Assembly: GCA_951406725.2 (NCBI GenBank)
Contig: OX597815.1
Span: 73,222,001 to 73,286,000, forward strand
From: Octopus vulgaris
Taxonomy: Eukaryota
Length of the DNA: 64,000 nt
Direction of reading: 5' to 3'
Shown: piece by piece, positions 14,955 to 29,475 of the stretch
Numbering within the stretch: position 1 is the stretch's first letter
Layout: the number at the start of each line of letters is the position of its first letter
Position numbers and translations under genes: made by a program
Notes under the pieces: generated by a model
Databases searched by the model: none
What the model was told of the DNA's origin: nothing
The model's input: the letters and a program-made list of their open reading frames with translations, nothing else

Positions 14955-15305
14955 AGAAGTAGGAGGGGAAGGGCGTAAGTCGATTTCAGACTCTAGTGCT
15001 TAACTAATATTTTATTTTATCGATCCCGGAAGGATGAAGGACAAAGTTGACCTCGGTGGAATTTGAACTTACAGGGTAAAAACAGACAAAATGCCGTTAA
15101 GCATTTAGTCCGGCGTGAAGAAGAAAAATGGTTTCAGATTTAGACTCCAGGAAACATCTATTTTGCGGGCAGGGGTAGTGGATACCATACACCCCAAACA
15201 CTTGATAGATACGTACTGGAGTAGTGAAAGGCAAAGCTAACGGCAGTGGGTTTTGAACTCAGAACGTAAACGGCCGGGAAGAAAAAAAATCGTGCAAAGC
15301 ATTTT
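14955..15305 (-). mobile_element. Two degenerate SINE family B copies
   Basis: aaggatgaaggacaaagttgacctcggtggaatttgaact and tgaaaggcaaagc...ttgaactcagaacgt. Confidence 0.7.
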
Positions 15306-15319
15306 GAGCAGAAATAAAA

Positions 15320-15443
15320 CAATTAAGACTGAGATTTCACACGTTCGCTACTCCGAGTTTCCAGGTAACGATTTTCTATTGATAACTGTTAACGTGCTTC
15401 ACTCTGAGTACACGGCGCAAGTGTAAAATCTCAGTCTTAATTG
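15320..15443. mobile_element. Small MITE / fold-back
   Basis: TIRs caattaagactgagatttcacac / gtgtaaaatctcagtcttaattg. Confidence 0.65.
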
Positions 15444-15709
15444 ATGTTGTGTTTGTGTGTCTATTTACATACATGCTCGTGTAAATATATGTATGTGTGT
15501 GTAGTCATACATATACATATATATATACATCTATCCATACATACAAATTTATATATATGTGTGTGTGCGCATATATATATATGTGTGTATATATATATAT
15601 ATCTATATATGATATAGATTAATATGCATATATTTTTATGTATATAAATATATTTATATATACTGTATATATATCATGTATATATATAAATTATATATAA
15701 ATGTGTATT

Positions 15710-15762
<53 letters not shown>

Positions 15763-16139
15763 GTATATATATATATATACATACCCAAAGACAAATGTAC
15801 ATACGTGTTTGTAGACATACGAAAACAAACGCAAACACACAGAACAGACACTCACACACACACACACATAGACACACACACACACACACACATAAATATA
15901 TATGTATGTATGCACACACACACACACGTTTATTATTACTTTTTTCTTTATTATTTTACGTATTTTTCATTGTGGTAGCGTTCGTCTTAGAAGTGAAACA
16001 GCGATATGATATTTTATTTCCCCCTGGAGCCGACACTAAGAGGCTGTAATAGATTTCACAAACTTACCGAGCCATTTGATGTTGCTTTTCAAATGGCTTT
16101 TATAAAGCAACATCAATGGTTTATAGAAAGTTTTAAACA

Positions 16140-16433
16140 GAATGGGAGGAAGAGAGAGTGGTGGGGAGAGAAGAGAGAGAGAAAAAGAGGATATGTGTGC
16201 GTGTGCTGATGTTGATTGGTGAGTACGTCTGGTGAGTACGTCTGTGTGTGTGTGTGTGTGTGTGTGCGCGTACGTTTGTGCATGTGTATGTGTGTGTGTG
16301 TGTGTGTGTTATGTTGGTATTCGTATATCTGTGTGCGCGTGTGAGATAGAGATAGAGAGAAGAATACGAGGGAAAACGATAGAGAAGCATGGACGGACGG
16401 AATGAGCGCGTAGAAAAGTGACAAGAAGTGTGT

Positions 16434-16480
<47 letters not shown>

Positions 16481-17506
16481 GGCGTTTGTGTGAGAGAGAG
16501 AATAAAGGATAGAAGATAGAGAGAAGTACGGAAAGAAAGAGAGGAAGGAAGGCAAAAATCTGGAAAGAAAGAGAGGAAGGAAGGCAAAAATCTGTGTTTA
16601 TATGTGTGTGTGTAGAGTGAGTGAGAGAGAGAGAGAGAGAGAGATGAGGAGACAGGGAGAAACCCGGGCGAAAAGAGAAAGGAAGAGAGACAAAAAAAAA
16701 GTATCTGAGTGTGTGTATGTATGTGCACGTATATGTTCGAGTTTGTGCTTGTGTGCGTATGTGTGTGTGTATTTATGTTTGTGTGTGTGTGCGTGTGAAT
16801 ATGAGGAAGAGGAAGACAGAGAGAAACACGAACGGGAAGAGTGTGAGGAAGAAAAGTAAAGTGTGTGGGGAAGAGACGGGTGAAGAGAGGGAGAGAGAAG
16901 GGGAAAGAGACGGGTAAAAGAGAGAGGCGGGAAGAGAGAGACACTGTGGGTTTAGCATAAGGAGAAGGAGAATAGTGATACAGAAATACAAAGAGCGAGG
17001 AAGAGACGAAGAGAGATGGGAGTGAAAGGAAAAGAGAAAGACTGAAAATGTGAGAGTCAGAGAGAGAGAGAGAGAGAGAGAGCATGTATGTATCTATGAG
17101 AGCGTTGTGTGTGTGTGAGAGGTATAGAGAAGAAGTGGGGAAGAGAAATAGAGAGGCAAGGGAAATATGTGAGAAGGAGAGGGAAATGGGAGAGAGAGAG
17201 AGAGGGGGGTAAGAGAAATGCAGCGTGTGGGGTGGGGGGGTAGGTTGTATATGTGAGAGAAAGAGAGAGAGAGAGAGAGGGGGAGACAGATGGGAAGGAG
17301 AAGAAAGATACAAAGACATGGGCAGGGGGAAGAGTTTGAGGAAAAGGGAGAGAAAGGCTGAGGATCGGGAAGTAAGAGATTGTATATGTATGAATACGTG
17401 TATGTATAGTTGTGTGTATGTGTGCGTGTGTATATGAGAGAGAGGGAGAGATAGGGAGAGTGGCCGTTGTAGAGATTTTGATAGTGAAAAAGAACGGTTA
17501 TAGTTA

Positions 17507-17551
<45 letters not shown>

Positions 17552-18472
17552 CGTGGTGGTGGTGGTGACAGCGGCGGCGGTGGTGTTGCTGATGGCGGTA
17601 ACGTTGAGGATGGTGTTGGTGGTGGTGGTTGCGAAAGAATGAAGAACGCAGATAATGATGACAACGATGATCACGACGATAATGATGATGATGATGATGA
17701 TGTGGTAGGAGTGATAGTGAAAGTGATAGTGGCGGTGTTGGCGGAGTAGGAAATGGTGGTTTTTCGATGATCACAATAGAGGAGGGGAGCTACTGTGTTA
17801 CTGCTTATATTGGTGATGATGATGATGGTAATGGTATAGTGATGTCAATGGTGGTGGTGGTGGTGGTGGTGGTGGTGGTTGTTGTTGTGGTGGTGGTGGT
17901 GGTGGTGGTGGTGGTGGTGGTGGTGGTGGTAAAATAAATTCGAAACAAAATGTTGGAAAGTGGGTGAGAAAATATTTGATGATAGATAGAAACTGAAAGA
18001 ACAGATTAAAAGGTCCAAAACGTGGATTATGTATTATTGGTGGAGGTGGTGGTGGTGGTGGTGGCGGTAGTGGTGGTGGCGGCAGTGATGTGAGAGTGTG
18101 TGTGTGTGTGTGTGAACATGCAAATGTGTGTGTGTGTGTGCGAATGTTTATGCGAGCGAACAAAAGGCTAAGTGTGCGAAAGAATGAATGAATGAGTGGA
18201 GAATGAGCATAGGAAAAAGGCGAAAGTATTTGTAAATGTGTGTGTGTGTGTGTGCAAAAGAGAGAGAGGGAGAGTGGAGAGGAAGAGAGAGGGAGAAAGG
18301 AGAGGAAGAGAGAGAGAGAGAGAGAGAGAGCATGAGTCGGTAAATGAAAGAAAAAACTTGAAACACCAAGCGGGGGTGGGGGAGGAAGGAAGGAAGAAAA
18401 GGATTTCGTGATTGTGAAACATTCAGTAAGGGGTGGGGTAACGGGTATATGATGTAGATGCATGATGTCGAT

Positions 18473-18555
<83 letters not shown>

Positions 18556-18659
18556 GTGTGTAAATACATAGATAACAGACAATATAGATAAGTAGGCGTG
18601 TGCCCGTGTGTGTATATGTATGTATTTATATATTCATATGTTTATTTTATGCATATTTT

Positions 18660-18700
<41 letters not shown>

Positions 18701-18762
18701 CTATTATATGTGCGTGTGTGCGTCTTTCACACATACACACGAGGCAGAGTAAAAGAGAGAGC

Positions 18763-18794
<32 letters not shown>

Positions 18795-18890
18795 GAAAGG
18801 TGTATAGAAAGAGAGAAAGAGCAGGAAGGTGATTCAGACTTGGATAACGCGGAAATGAAAGAGAAGTGATAAAGAGAAAGAAAGAAACAC

Positions 18891-18931
<41 letters not shown>

Positions 18932-19010
18932 GAGGGAGATAGGGAGCGAGATAAATAGAGAGAGTGTGTGTGATAAGAACAGAGTGAGAGAAAGAGTAGT
19001 GGTGAAAACG
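16140..19010. repeat. Mixed (GA)n/(GT)n/(GGT)n/(GATA)n low-complexity region
   Basis: Directly visible. Confidence 0.9.
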
Positions 19011-19317
19011 AAAGTTATTGCAAGTGGAGGGGGGAGGAGGAGGATGTGGGAGAGTGTAATGGGTAAAGCATAGGATAGATTGACAATGAAGTAACATGAA
19101 ATAACACATGTATTATGTATTGAATAAAAGATGAAACATATAAATCATAATAAATAAATTGCCTGTTCTGAAGCAACAGAACGGAAATAGTCGTCGTGCT
19201 AGACAACAACCCCAGCACTGCTACTACTACCACCACCACCACCACCACTACTGCTGCTGCTGCTGCTGCTAATACTACTACTATTAGTTCTATTACAACC
19301 GCGAACAACAATAATAA

Positions 19318-20057
19318 TTCTTTCTACTATAGGCACAAGGGCTTAATTTTGGTAGAGAAGGGGACCTGTCGATTAGATCGAGCTCCAGTACACAACTGGT
19401 ATTTAATTTATTGACCTCCGAAAGGATGAAAAGCACAAGGGGCTAAACACAGAGAGGACAAACAAGGACAGACAAAGGGATTAAGTCGATTACATCGACC
19501 CCAGTGCGTAACTGGTATTATTTAATCGACCCTGAAAGGATGAAAGGCAAAGTTGACCTCGGTGGAATTTGAACTCAGAACATAGCGACAGGCGAAATAC
19601 CTATTTTTATTTCTTTACTACCCACAAGGGGCTAAACAGAGTAGACAAACAAGGACAGACAAAGGGATTAAGTCGATTACATCGACCCCAGTGCGTAACT
19701 GGTACTTAATTTATCGACCCCGAAAAGATGAAAGGCAAAGTCGACCTCGGCGGAATTTGAAATCAGAATGTAATGGCAGACGAAATGCCTATTTCTTTAC
19801 TACCCACAAGGGGCTAAACACAGAGGGGACAAACAAGGACAGACAAACGGATTAAGTCGGTTACATCGACCCCAGTGCGTAACTGATACTTATTTAATCA
19901 ACCCCGAAAGGATGAAAGGCAAAGTTGACCTCGGCAGAATTTGAACTCACAACGTAGCGGCAGACGAAATACTGCTAAGCATTTCGTCCAGCGTGCTAAC
20001 GATTCTGCCAGCTCGAGCATTTCGTCCAGCATGCTAACGATTCTGCCAGCTCGCCGC
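19318..20057 (-). mobile_element. SINE family B tandem array (head + 3 new-tail units + old-tail remnant)
   Basis: ~185-bp units; junctions at 19601/2 and 19789/90. Confidence 0.9.
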
Positions 20058-20079
20058 CTTGATAATTATAGTTACAATT

Positions 20080-20286
20080 ATAATGGCTTCAAATTTTGCC
20101 ACACGGGCAGCCATTTTGGTTTACAGGTACTTAATTTATCGACCCAGAAAGGATGAGAGGCAAAGTCGACCTCGGCGGAATTTGAACTAAGAACGTAGCA
20201 ACGGCTGAAACGTCGCTAATCATTTCGTCCAGCGCACTAACGCTTCTGCCAGCTTGCCGTCTTAATAATGATAATAATAAAAATAA

Positions 20287-20334
<48 letters not shown>

Positions 20335-20509
20335 TTTTATGGTTTCAAATTTTGGTACGATGGTAGCCATTTTGGAGGAGGGGATGAGTCGTACATCGAC
20401 CCTAGTGCGTAACTGGTACTTAATTTATCGATCCTGAAAGGATGAAAGGCAAAGTCGACCTCGACGGAATTTCGTCCAGCGTGCAAACGATTCTATAATA
20501 ATAATAATA

Positions 20510-20554
<45 letters not shown>

Positions 20555-20650
20555 TAAGGCGGCGAGCTGGCAAAATCGTTAGCATGCTGGCCGAAATGCT
20601 TAGCAGTATTTCGTCCGTTGCTACATTTTGAGTTCAAATTCTGCCATGTT
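20080..20650. mobile_element. Cluster of three SINE B copies (-,-,+) with (AAT)n/(ATT)n
   Basis: Central-domain and head matches. Confidence 0.75.
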
Positions 20651-22511
20651 CGACGCATATCGGAAGACCCAGAATTCTTCGCAACAGAGAGATCTTACAA
20701 TGTGTGAGGATCTCCGCTAGTGACCTTATCAATAAATCAGTGATAAAATTTAAGATTTCACTCATATTCGGGATCACAAAATACTTCAACACTGATTGGT
20801 TGCTCCATGTCCCACAAAACTCCATGTCCCACAAAACTCAACTATGATCTATACTGAAGTATTGCTCACATGTTTTTGTTATTTAATTTTATCATTAATT
20901 TTTTTTGTTTTGTTTTGTTTTGATTTTTACTTGATAAATCTGGATGAAGGGACAGTCACTATGGCACACTCAGTGCCTCCTAGGCCAGTGAGATTGATGC
21001 TGTCATCAACGTTCCTCTTGAACCTATGTAAGTCAGCACGTGCGAGGAAGATAAGAACGGGGAAGAAATTCCAGTGGAGAGGTGGGGAATTTTGTGTGGA
21101 GGAAGGCCTGGCTATAGTGACTAGTGCGGGCATTTCGAGGTGTTGGGCACAAGGGAGATAGGAGGAGAGGAGACGAATGTTATAGAATTATCTGAGTGGG
21201 GTGGGTGGGAGTGGAATGGGCACTGCGAGCGCCTAAGAGTATAGACCATTATAGTAATAGTTGAGGAGAGAGCTAGAGGAGACAGCGCGCTTGTGGACCA
21301 GAAATTGGTAAGTGTCTGAGATGATTTCATACCAATCAGTCAGGTGGATTTTCTTTTCTGGATATATTTTGGGACTGATCGTAGTGATTAATGTAGGGTC
21401 TGGAAATTAGATACACGGGCGTAAAGGGAAGAAGAGATTAGTGGGACCAGAGTACCAGAGTGTGGGGGGATTAATATGAGCCTAGCTAGCGCCAAAGAGT
21501 TGAGACCTTTATGGTAGTAGTAGAAAGGGCAGATGGAAGAGACAAAGCGTCCGCGGGTCAGAAGCTGGAACATGCTCTGAGATTGATCTCATACCAATTA
21601 GTCGGGTGGCGCTTCTCCGGATGTCTTCTACGACTGGGCGTAGTGATCAGTGTGCGGTCTGAGGAGGGGAGAGCGGTGAGTGATTTCGTATCAATCAGCC
21701 ACGAAGACGCTTTTGGGTCGATCCCTAGACACACATCCACACATGTACACCTATGTCACTAACATCGCAGACTGAATTCAAAGAGAAGACATTTAGACGA
21801 TTAGTTTACAACCAGCAGTTCACGGATGTGCTGTGCCTTCGCTCCGTTTCTTCTATCACTACTACAACAGATACTGCTTTTTTCAACTAATAACCTGTCT
21901 ACTTTCACCACCGCCATTACAATCGCTACACTCGCCACCACCGCCGCCGCCGCCGCCACCACCAACCCTCAGTGATTCTATCTCTATTCCTCTGATTGTT
22001 CTTATTGTATCTGAATGTCTTGGACGGCACACCAGATACATTCTCAGTCCTACCCCTCCTCAGTGGCCGGATCCACTAGAAATTCTTTCGTACCCATTTC
22101 CTATCTACAGGTCGAAAGTTTTGCTGGGTCTTGAGAAAGAGACGGTGCCCATGATTTTCGCAGGCCTTCCTAGACTATCGATGAGACTGGTGCCATTCAT
22201 GTTTATGTTCCTTTTAAACCTTTGTGTGTGTATTAAGATTTCGCTTAGCAAAGGGGAATGACATCTACCACGACATTTGGCTTATCTCAGATAGATTTTT
22301 TTCTCTTATCTCAGATAAGAGAAAAAAATCTATCAGAAAGGAACTCTATCTCTCTTAAAAAAATATCTTTTGATAAGCATAACAAATGCGCAACCGGTAA
22401 AAAGAACTTTCACCTAATTAAATACACTCTCCCTTACTTAAATTATTTTGTCAGCATTTTCTTCATTTCCTTTTTTTATATATCACAACTTGTGTTCCAC
22501 ATCTCCTTTTT

Positions 22512-22574
<63 letters not shown>

Positions 22575-22950
22575 GTGTGTGTCTCTCTCTCTCCCTCTCT
22601 GTGTGTATATATACATATATTAAGTTAGAAGTAAAAAGTAAAAGAGTCAAAAGGAAGAGGAAGTACTGTTAAGTAGCTTTTTAATCGCCACAAATGTTTT
22701 AATACATACAGATCCTCGTATATACAGGATTTAAAGTTAAATTTAAATTAAGTTACGTAACGATTTAACTGTATAAGAAGATCTATATGTATCACCTCAG
22801 GCGATATTCAGTTGCTGTGTCCATAAGTAAATCTAGATTTCCATGCTACAACATCCATGGCTTCTTCTCTGGGAAATCTAAGGGTGAACGAGCTCTATTT
22901 GTACTCTAATACGTTCTTAACAACACACCACAACTGACTATATATGTGTG

Positions 22951-23186
<236 letters not shown>

Positions 23187-23231
23187 GTATGTATGTATGT
23201 ATGTATATATGCATGTATATGTGTGTGTGTG

Positions 23232-23268
<37 letters not shown>

Positions 23269-23315
23269 ATGTATGTATGTATGTATGTATGTAAGTATAT
23301 TTATTTATTTACATG

Positions 23316-23922
23316 ATGGACTCTCCCGTCAGTTTCGACGGATGAGGATCTGACAACCTACTCTTCCTTTTTATCAATCACAATGCTTATGTCGAATGTT
23401 CCGCCAACGTTTTGTAAAGAAGCTCACAGATGCAGCAAGCATGAGGATTACAGGTCAATGCTGGTGTTATATTTGTAGTCGCTTTTCTCCTTTACCTTGC
23501 ACCACGAAGCCTGTTAATGCTGGTAGCAACAAAGTTTCTTATACCATTTTGACACAACGATCTCCCATTTTGTTCGCTCAAAGGTGTTGTGAGCTATCTT
23601 CACTGCTGAGAGGTTACTCTTCAACTTGTCCTTATATCTGAGCCATAGTCGACCAACATTCCGATGCTCACTATCAAGCTGGCTGTACATGAGGATTTTG
23701 AGTATTCTTTCGTCACACGTTCTGATGACATGGCCAGGCCAGGGAAATTTTGACTGCATAAGGAAGCCCTCGATTCTATCAATCTTATACTTGCTAAACA
23801 AATCAACATTTGAAACTCTGTCTATTAAGGAATAACCGCAGATTGTCCTAAGACAGCCTTTGTGGCAGATGTGTAGTTGGCTAACGTGTCATGTATAGGG
23901 TATCCATGATTCTGAGCCATAC
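23316..23922 (-). mobile_element. RTE-clade LINE 3' fragment
   Basis: GSESW...CLRTICG...VSNVDLF...WPGHVIRTCDERILKILMYSQL...GRLWLRYKDKLK, the typical RTE C-terminus. Confidence 0.88.
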
Positions 23923-24298
23923 GTATATACATACGTGTGTGTGTGTGTGTATTAAGATTTCGCTTAGCCATAGCAATACTAATAACCTGGTGTTAGAACT
24001 TAATATACATATGCTTGAAAGTAAAGCGTGAGCTAACCACCGACCGTAATATGAAGTTAAATAAACGATAAAAGAACATGAAGGACGTAATCAACGGTAA
24101 TCTTTTCATTTTATGCAATTGCTTTCCCAGACAACTTTCAGAAGTTCCGAGGAAGCTATAAGATGATGCACAAACACTGCTCTAAGTGCACTGCATCTTG
24201 TAGCTGAAACAAATGTAAGACGCTGATGTTGATTACGTAATTCTTGTTGTCATTATTCAACTCAGCTGCATGTATGTATGTGTGTTTGTGTGTGTGTG

Positions 24299-24356
<58 letters not shown>

Positions 24357-24808
24357 TGAAGAAAATTCAAAATGGAACATGGAAACGATTAACAGGAAGA
24401 GAACGAAAGAGAAGGAAATATGGAAACCCTCTCATCAGCCTCGGTGGTCCAGACTACAAGCGTAGTTTCAGCGCCTTTTCAAGACTGAAGACTTTAAAAC
24501 TCTGTGGTATTGCTCGTCTGGTTGCGCTTGTGCTATAGAGAATAACACCGAGTTGATGGACAAACAAAGATATAACTTGAAGGACAACAAAGTACAAGTA
24601 GGACAGAAAATTACGGATAGAAACAATACAGAATATGCGTGTCTGTGAGTGTGTGTGTGTGTGTACAAAGTATGGGGCGGGGTTAATTCACATGTGATCT
24701 AAACGATTAGGCATGCTAGGTAAGTGCTGTAACGGACGACTAGGGCTCCAAAATTGTAACTGAGGCAGTAGTTATGGAGCCATTGCAGATTACCGATATA
24801 GCAGATAT

Positions 24809-25017
24809 ATAATTGTTAAAGGGGACAACAACCGTTGAGGCGAGGTAAACATCTCAAGTCATATACAGTATTATCATTGGAAAAAATTCAAAAACTTACA
24901 GCTGTTTCTGGGGTACTTTGGGATATCCAGAAATAGCTGTAAGACTTTGACTTTTTGCCAATAATAATAATGCCTTGAGATGTTTGCTTTACCCTAACGT
25001 TTGTTGTCCTCTTTAAC

Positions 25018-25023
<6 letters not shown>
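24809..25023. mobile_element. Palindromic MITE
   Basis: ataattgttaaaggggacaacaa ... ttgttgtcctctttaacaattat; arms pair almost to the centre at ~24916. Confidence 0.75.
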
Positions 25024-25048
<25 letters not shown>

Positions 25049-25056
25049 CTAGCAGT

Positions 25057-25280
25057 GTATATATAGTTAATCCAAACAAGAAAGTACAAAAAAACACAAC
25101 AACGCGAGGACGTGGACAAATATAGTATTATTGGACGCTCAAGAAAGAAGGAAAGAAGGAGGGTTTAACGTTACGAGCGAAGCTCTTCGTCGGAAACATA
25201 GGAGAAGGAAAGATCCAGAGAAGGGAAGACAGAGGAACAAAAATCGCCAACGGTACACACGCGGTCACATTTTGAATGTA
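25057..25280 (-). mobile_element. PLE-derived terminal fragment in (TA)n
   Basis: Contains the hammerhead-like motif at 25163-25197; TA tracts on both sides. Confidence 0.6.
25163..25197 (-). ncRNA. Hammerhead-like motif (core CCGACGA, GAAA mutated to GTAA)
   Basis: Reverse complement gttt-CCGACGA-a-gagc ttc gctc-GTAA-c-GTT-aaac; stem I gttt/aaac and stem II pair. Confidence 0.55.
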
Positions 25281-25304
25281 TATATATATATATATATATA
25301 TATA

Positions 25305-25676
25305 CCAGCAGTATCGCCCGGCGTTGCTCGGTTTTGTTTCGACCCTTTAGGATTGGAATTTTTGAAAAGTAAAATTTTGCATTATGTAGCTTGTTAGTCT
25401 CTTTAAGTGAACATTTTTCTGGTTGAAATACACCGAAAAATGGCAACACAGCAGTCAAAAAATCGTAAAAAATAGGGATTTTCATAGAAAAAAGCACCTT
25501 TTTGATGTAAATAATTTTTGGTGTTAACATGGTCCGATTTGAATTTTTTCTTATTCGGAAGGAAGAGCAAGCCTTCGTCTATCATACTCTCAATTTTGGT
25601 CAACTTGGGCCGCAGGATCTCGGATGAGATAGTGTTAGTTGAAGGCTACAAACTTGCCATACACAGACAACTTCAG

Positions 25677-25690
<14 letters not shown>
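25305..25690 (-). mobile_element. Non-autonomous Helitron
   Basis: 3' end ccgagcaacgccgggcgatactgCTGG matches the 37154-37790 element; 5' end tatatataaagctgaagttgtctgtgt. Confidence 0.8.
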
Positions 25691-25740
<50 letters not shown>

Positions 25741-25742
<2 letters not shown>

Positions 25743-25970
25743 GCGGCCCAAGTTGACCAAAATTGAGAGTATGATAGACGAAGGCTTGCTCTTCCTTCCG
25801 AATAAGAAAAAAATTCAAATCGGACCATGTTAACACCAAAAATTATTTACATCAAAAAGGTGCTTTTTTTCTATGAAAATCCCTATTTTTTACGATTTTT
25901 TGACTGCTGTGTTGCCATTTTTCGGTGTATTTCAACCAGAAAAATGTTCACTTAAAGAGACTAACAAGCT
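25741..25970 (+). repeat. Inverted duplication of 25389-25616
   Basis: ~230 bp essentially identical in reverse complement. Confidence 0.9.
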
Positions 25971-26350
25971 ATCTCATTTAGAGAATTATTATTGCTGTCG
26001 AACAGATTTTCGAAATCAGTAAATGTATTTACTTGAAAATCCTTATATATATCTTGCACAGTTGGTCGTTCATCGAGAAGCGATGCCTACCACACGTTGA
26101 TAATAGGCAATACACCTTGAAACCTAGGTCCGTGTGTGGTATCGGCTTCTTGGTGAGTGATCTTCCTTTGCAAGATAGAGGACGCCGTGATGGCGTCAGG
26201 CCTATCTGGTGACGTTGATGTTCGCCTGGGGCTAAATGCAACAGTGACACCCCCACCACCCTGCCCTGTCCCTAGCCATATTCGGTTGGCTAATATCCCT
26301 TATATTACGGAGCAGTCACTGTCTATATCTCATTTAGAGAATTATTATTG

Positions 26351-26389
<39 letters not shown>

Positions 26390-26489
26390 TCCTTAGCTAC
26401 TGTGCAGAAAGTTCAAGTCCATCAATATGAGCAGTCTAGTTTCTTCTGGTAGGTGTCGTAGCAGGTTGAGGGTTCTTCTGGGCGGATTG

Positions 26490-26705
26490 TTGGTCCTCCA
26501 CAGAATAGTCGGATAATGGGGCTGCCATCTTGGCGACGAGCCTTGGAGGATGTAGAGGATGCAGACGGGTTGGCACCAGAACCGCCAGCGATGGAGAGCA
26601 CTAGTGGACCTAGTTGGATCTACACATGATGACGTCTCTTGGGCCACTTACCTGGGAGGACCACAGCCCCATCAAGAAAGAACATGAAGCAAGCCAGCCA
26701 GCCAA
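26490..26705 (+). mobile_element. Possible RTE-like LINE 3' end
   Basis: NRQRWRALVDLV-type terminal peptide followed by an (AGCC)n tail. Confidence 0.4.
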
Positions 26706-27549
26706 CTCTTTGCACTTGTATGCACTTTTCTCTTATACAAAAATGAAAGACGTAGTGCGCCGTATTAAGATTTGTTAAAGCGTCACCAACATAATCAAAT
26801 CGTAAGCAGAATAATATTATAGATATAATAAAACTATTTCTTGGTCTTGTTCCATAGTTAGGATTGTTTACTTCTTGATATAAACATAAAAATAAATAGT
26901 TGATAACTCTAAAGTTAGAAGTACATTTTTACCTCTTCTAAGTTTAGAGTATAATAAAACAATATTGTTTTCAAAGATGTTCTCTCCTAACACTGCACTT
27001 TGACTACTATCTGCGTGCACTTTACCCCTCTGTCACTGTCTCTCCCTCTCTCCTCCCCTCTCTCTCTCTCCTCCCCTCTCTCTCTCTCTCAAAAATCAAA
27101 TGCTTCAAAAGAAATTATGTATTTTTTGTTTTCTGGTAACTTCCAGCAATTACATAATTTTCAAAATACCACTAGTTTTATACTATTACTTCTACCACCA
27201 TTAATAGTACAATTACGATTATTACATAGAAGTCTGCCTAGTAGGTCTATTTAATTTCTTTCATTTTCCCCTTTGTAATGCAGTGTTATTAACTACAAAC
27301 ATTATAAGTTTTTTTTTTATAATAATGTTTGTATTATGATAGTATAGAATTACTCATATGTTCTTTTCATATCCTCATTACGTAAAGATGAAGCAAACGC
27401 CGCAGAGCGAGAGGGTAGCCTGCCCGTTAATGATTTTGGTCTGCGAGAGGATTTAACAGCGGAAATTATTATATTTCATAAACCACACGTGAAAGATCAT
27501 TGCTTCACTTCAAAAACAAAGAAGTTTTTTGCCTTTTATATTAATATAC

Positions 27550-28022
27550 GCTTTTAAAACCATTTGGGGTAAAAAATACCAATGTGTATGAATTTTATAA
27601 TGTATATACAAAACGTGGAACAGTACTAACTGCAATATTTGGTTTCAGAGAAACTTCTCAGAAATACTTGTGTTAAAAATACAGGGCTTCGCTCAGAATG
27701 CCGGTAGGTCGCCGGATGCAGTGTTTTAACTTGATTTAGTCTCCTCAGTGATGAATACTCCGAACGTTCGTCCTGAACTAAGTCGAAAATATCAGAACAA
27801 GCATTTACAGCTTAGCTCAAAACGTTTGTAAGTATTCCTCACTCAGGAATTCAAATCAGGTCGAAATGCCATGTCTAGCGATCTACCGACGTTTTGAACA
27901 AAACCTTGTTTTGAGCGAAAGTCTGTTTTGAGACAAAATATTATAGCTGATGCTGTTCCGCCTTTGTATGTACAATATTAATGTTATACATACAGTATTT
28001 TAAACTTTATGGCTTTTAAGAG
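27550..28022. mobile_element. Old fold-back element (~470-bp degenerate palindrome)
   Basis: aatgccggtaggtcgccggatg...acttgattt pairs with aaatcaggtcg...ctagcgatctaccgacgtt; centre ~27795. Confidence 0.7.
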
Positions 28023-28724
28023 GTCATTTTATAATTTAAGAAGTAGTGCAGCTCCTGCTGAGTTTTGAACCATCAGTTTCAGATTTTTCCCAACTCAAGA
28101 CCACGACCTACAACATCGTTATAAAAGGCAATATGTCATCTTAAGAGGCATTTACGCCTACGTGCATATCGTTCAACCTATCAGAGTGGCTACCTTGTTA
28201 TGGCTGATGCAACGAAACAGCTTGATCGAAGGTTCAGGAAGCTTTTGCTTAGGGACATAAAAAAAAAGAACTAGCAAGTTCAACTTTAGACCAGAGCCAC
28301 TCAGTACTCCACATGAAACTAAGCCGTGTTACTTAATGAGTTGGTCTCACACTCTCTTTCACTTCGTCTCAGCATGCTTATGTCTTGCTCTACAAAAGCT
28401 GCCGACCTTAAACTCTAGTGTCGAATCACGCACACATTCCTTATATGCAGTAGCTTTAAATACACCTACATATTTCATTTCCACAACCACTTTTGCAATA
28501 TTATCAAACATGTGTTATAGAATATTGCTATTATGTTAGTTGTTTCATGAATTATAATACACGTTGTTACATTATATCAATTACATGCTTACATGTAAAT
28601 ATAAATGATGTGGGTTAAATAAAATATATGAACACTCAAATAAATACTAGTGAGACCATTCTCCTCCTCACTCGCAGCCTTCATAATATGGTGAACTACC
28701 AATAAAGAATTTAAAAGGTAACGT

Positions 28725-28760
<36 letters not shown>

Positions 28761-29094
28761 TTATCTTTTACTTCATTCAGTCTGTGGCCATGCTGGAGCA
28801 CCACTTTGAAGATTTCTTTTAGCAGAATGAATCGACCCCAGTACTTCGTTGCTATTATATTAAACTGTCGTATGTCCAAATATGGCTAAATGCGTTTTTT
28901 TTTCCAATATTTATTCTTGCTTGCAATAGCCGGTTCTTTTGGTCAAACTATCATATCTCCAGCTGCTTCAGATGCTAAGATATCAAAAATTGTCAAAGTG
29001 TAACACAACGGTTTTGCTATGGAATGGTGAAACTATTTTTTCGTTTTCTGAAAAAGCAACCGTTTTGGACTTACAATATTTTTGAATAATTGCT

Positions 29095-29475
<381 letters not shown>

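Noticed and set aside
16309-17774. 451-aa and 226-aa - strand ORFs
   Set aside because: Translations of CT/CA microsatellites, which lack stop codons
20930-21760. GC-richer coding-like tract, possibly a decayed LINE ORF2
   Set aside because: No motif could be matched convincingly by eye; needs an HMM search
22825-22880. Hammerhead-like arrangement on - strand (catg/catg stem, GAAA, aatctagatt palindrome)
   Set aside because: No CUGANGA core and no stem I
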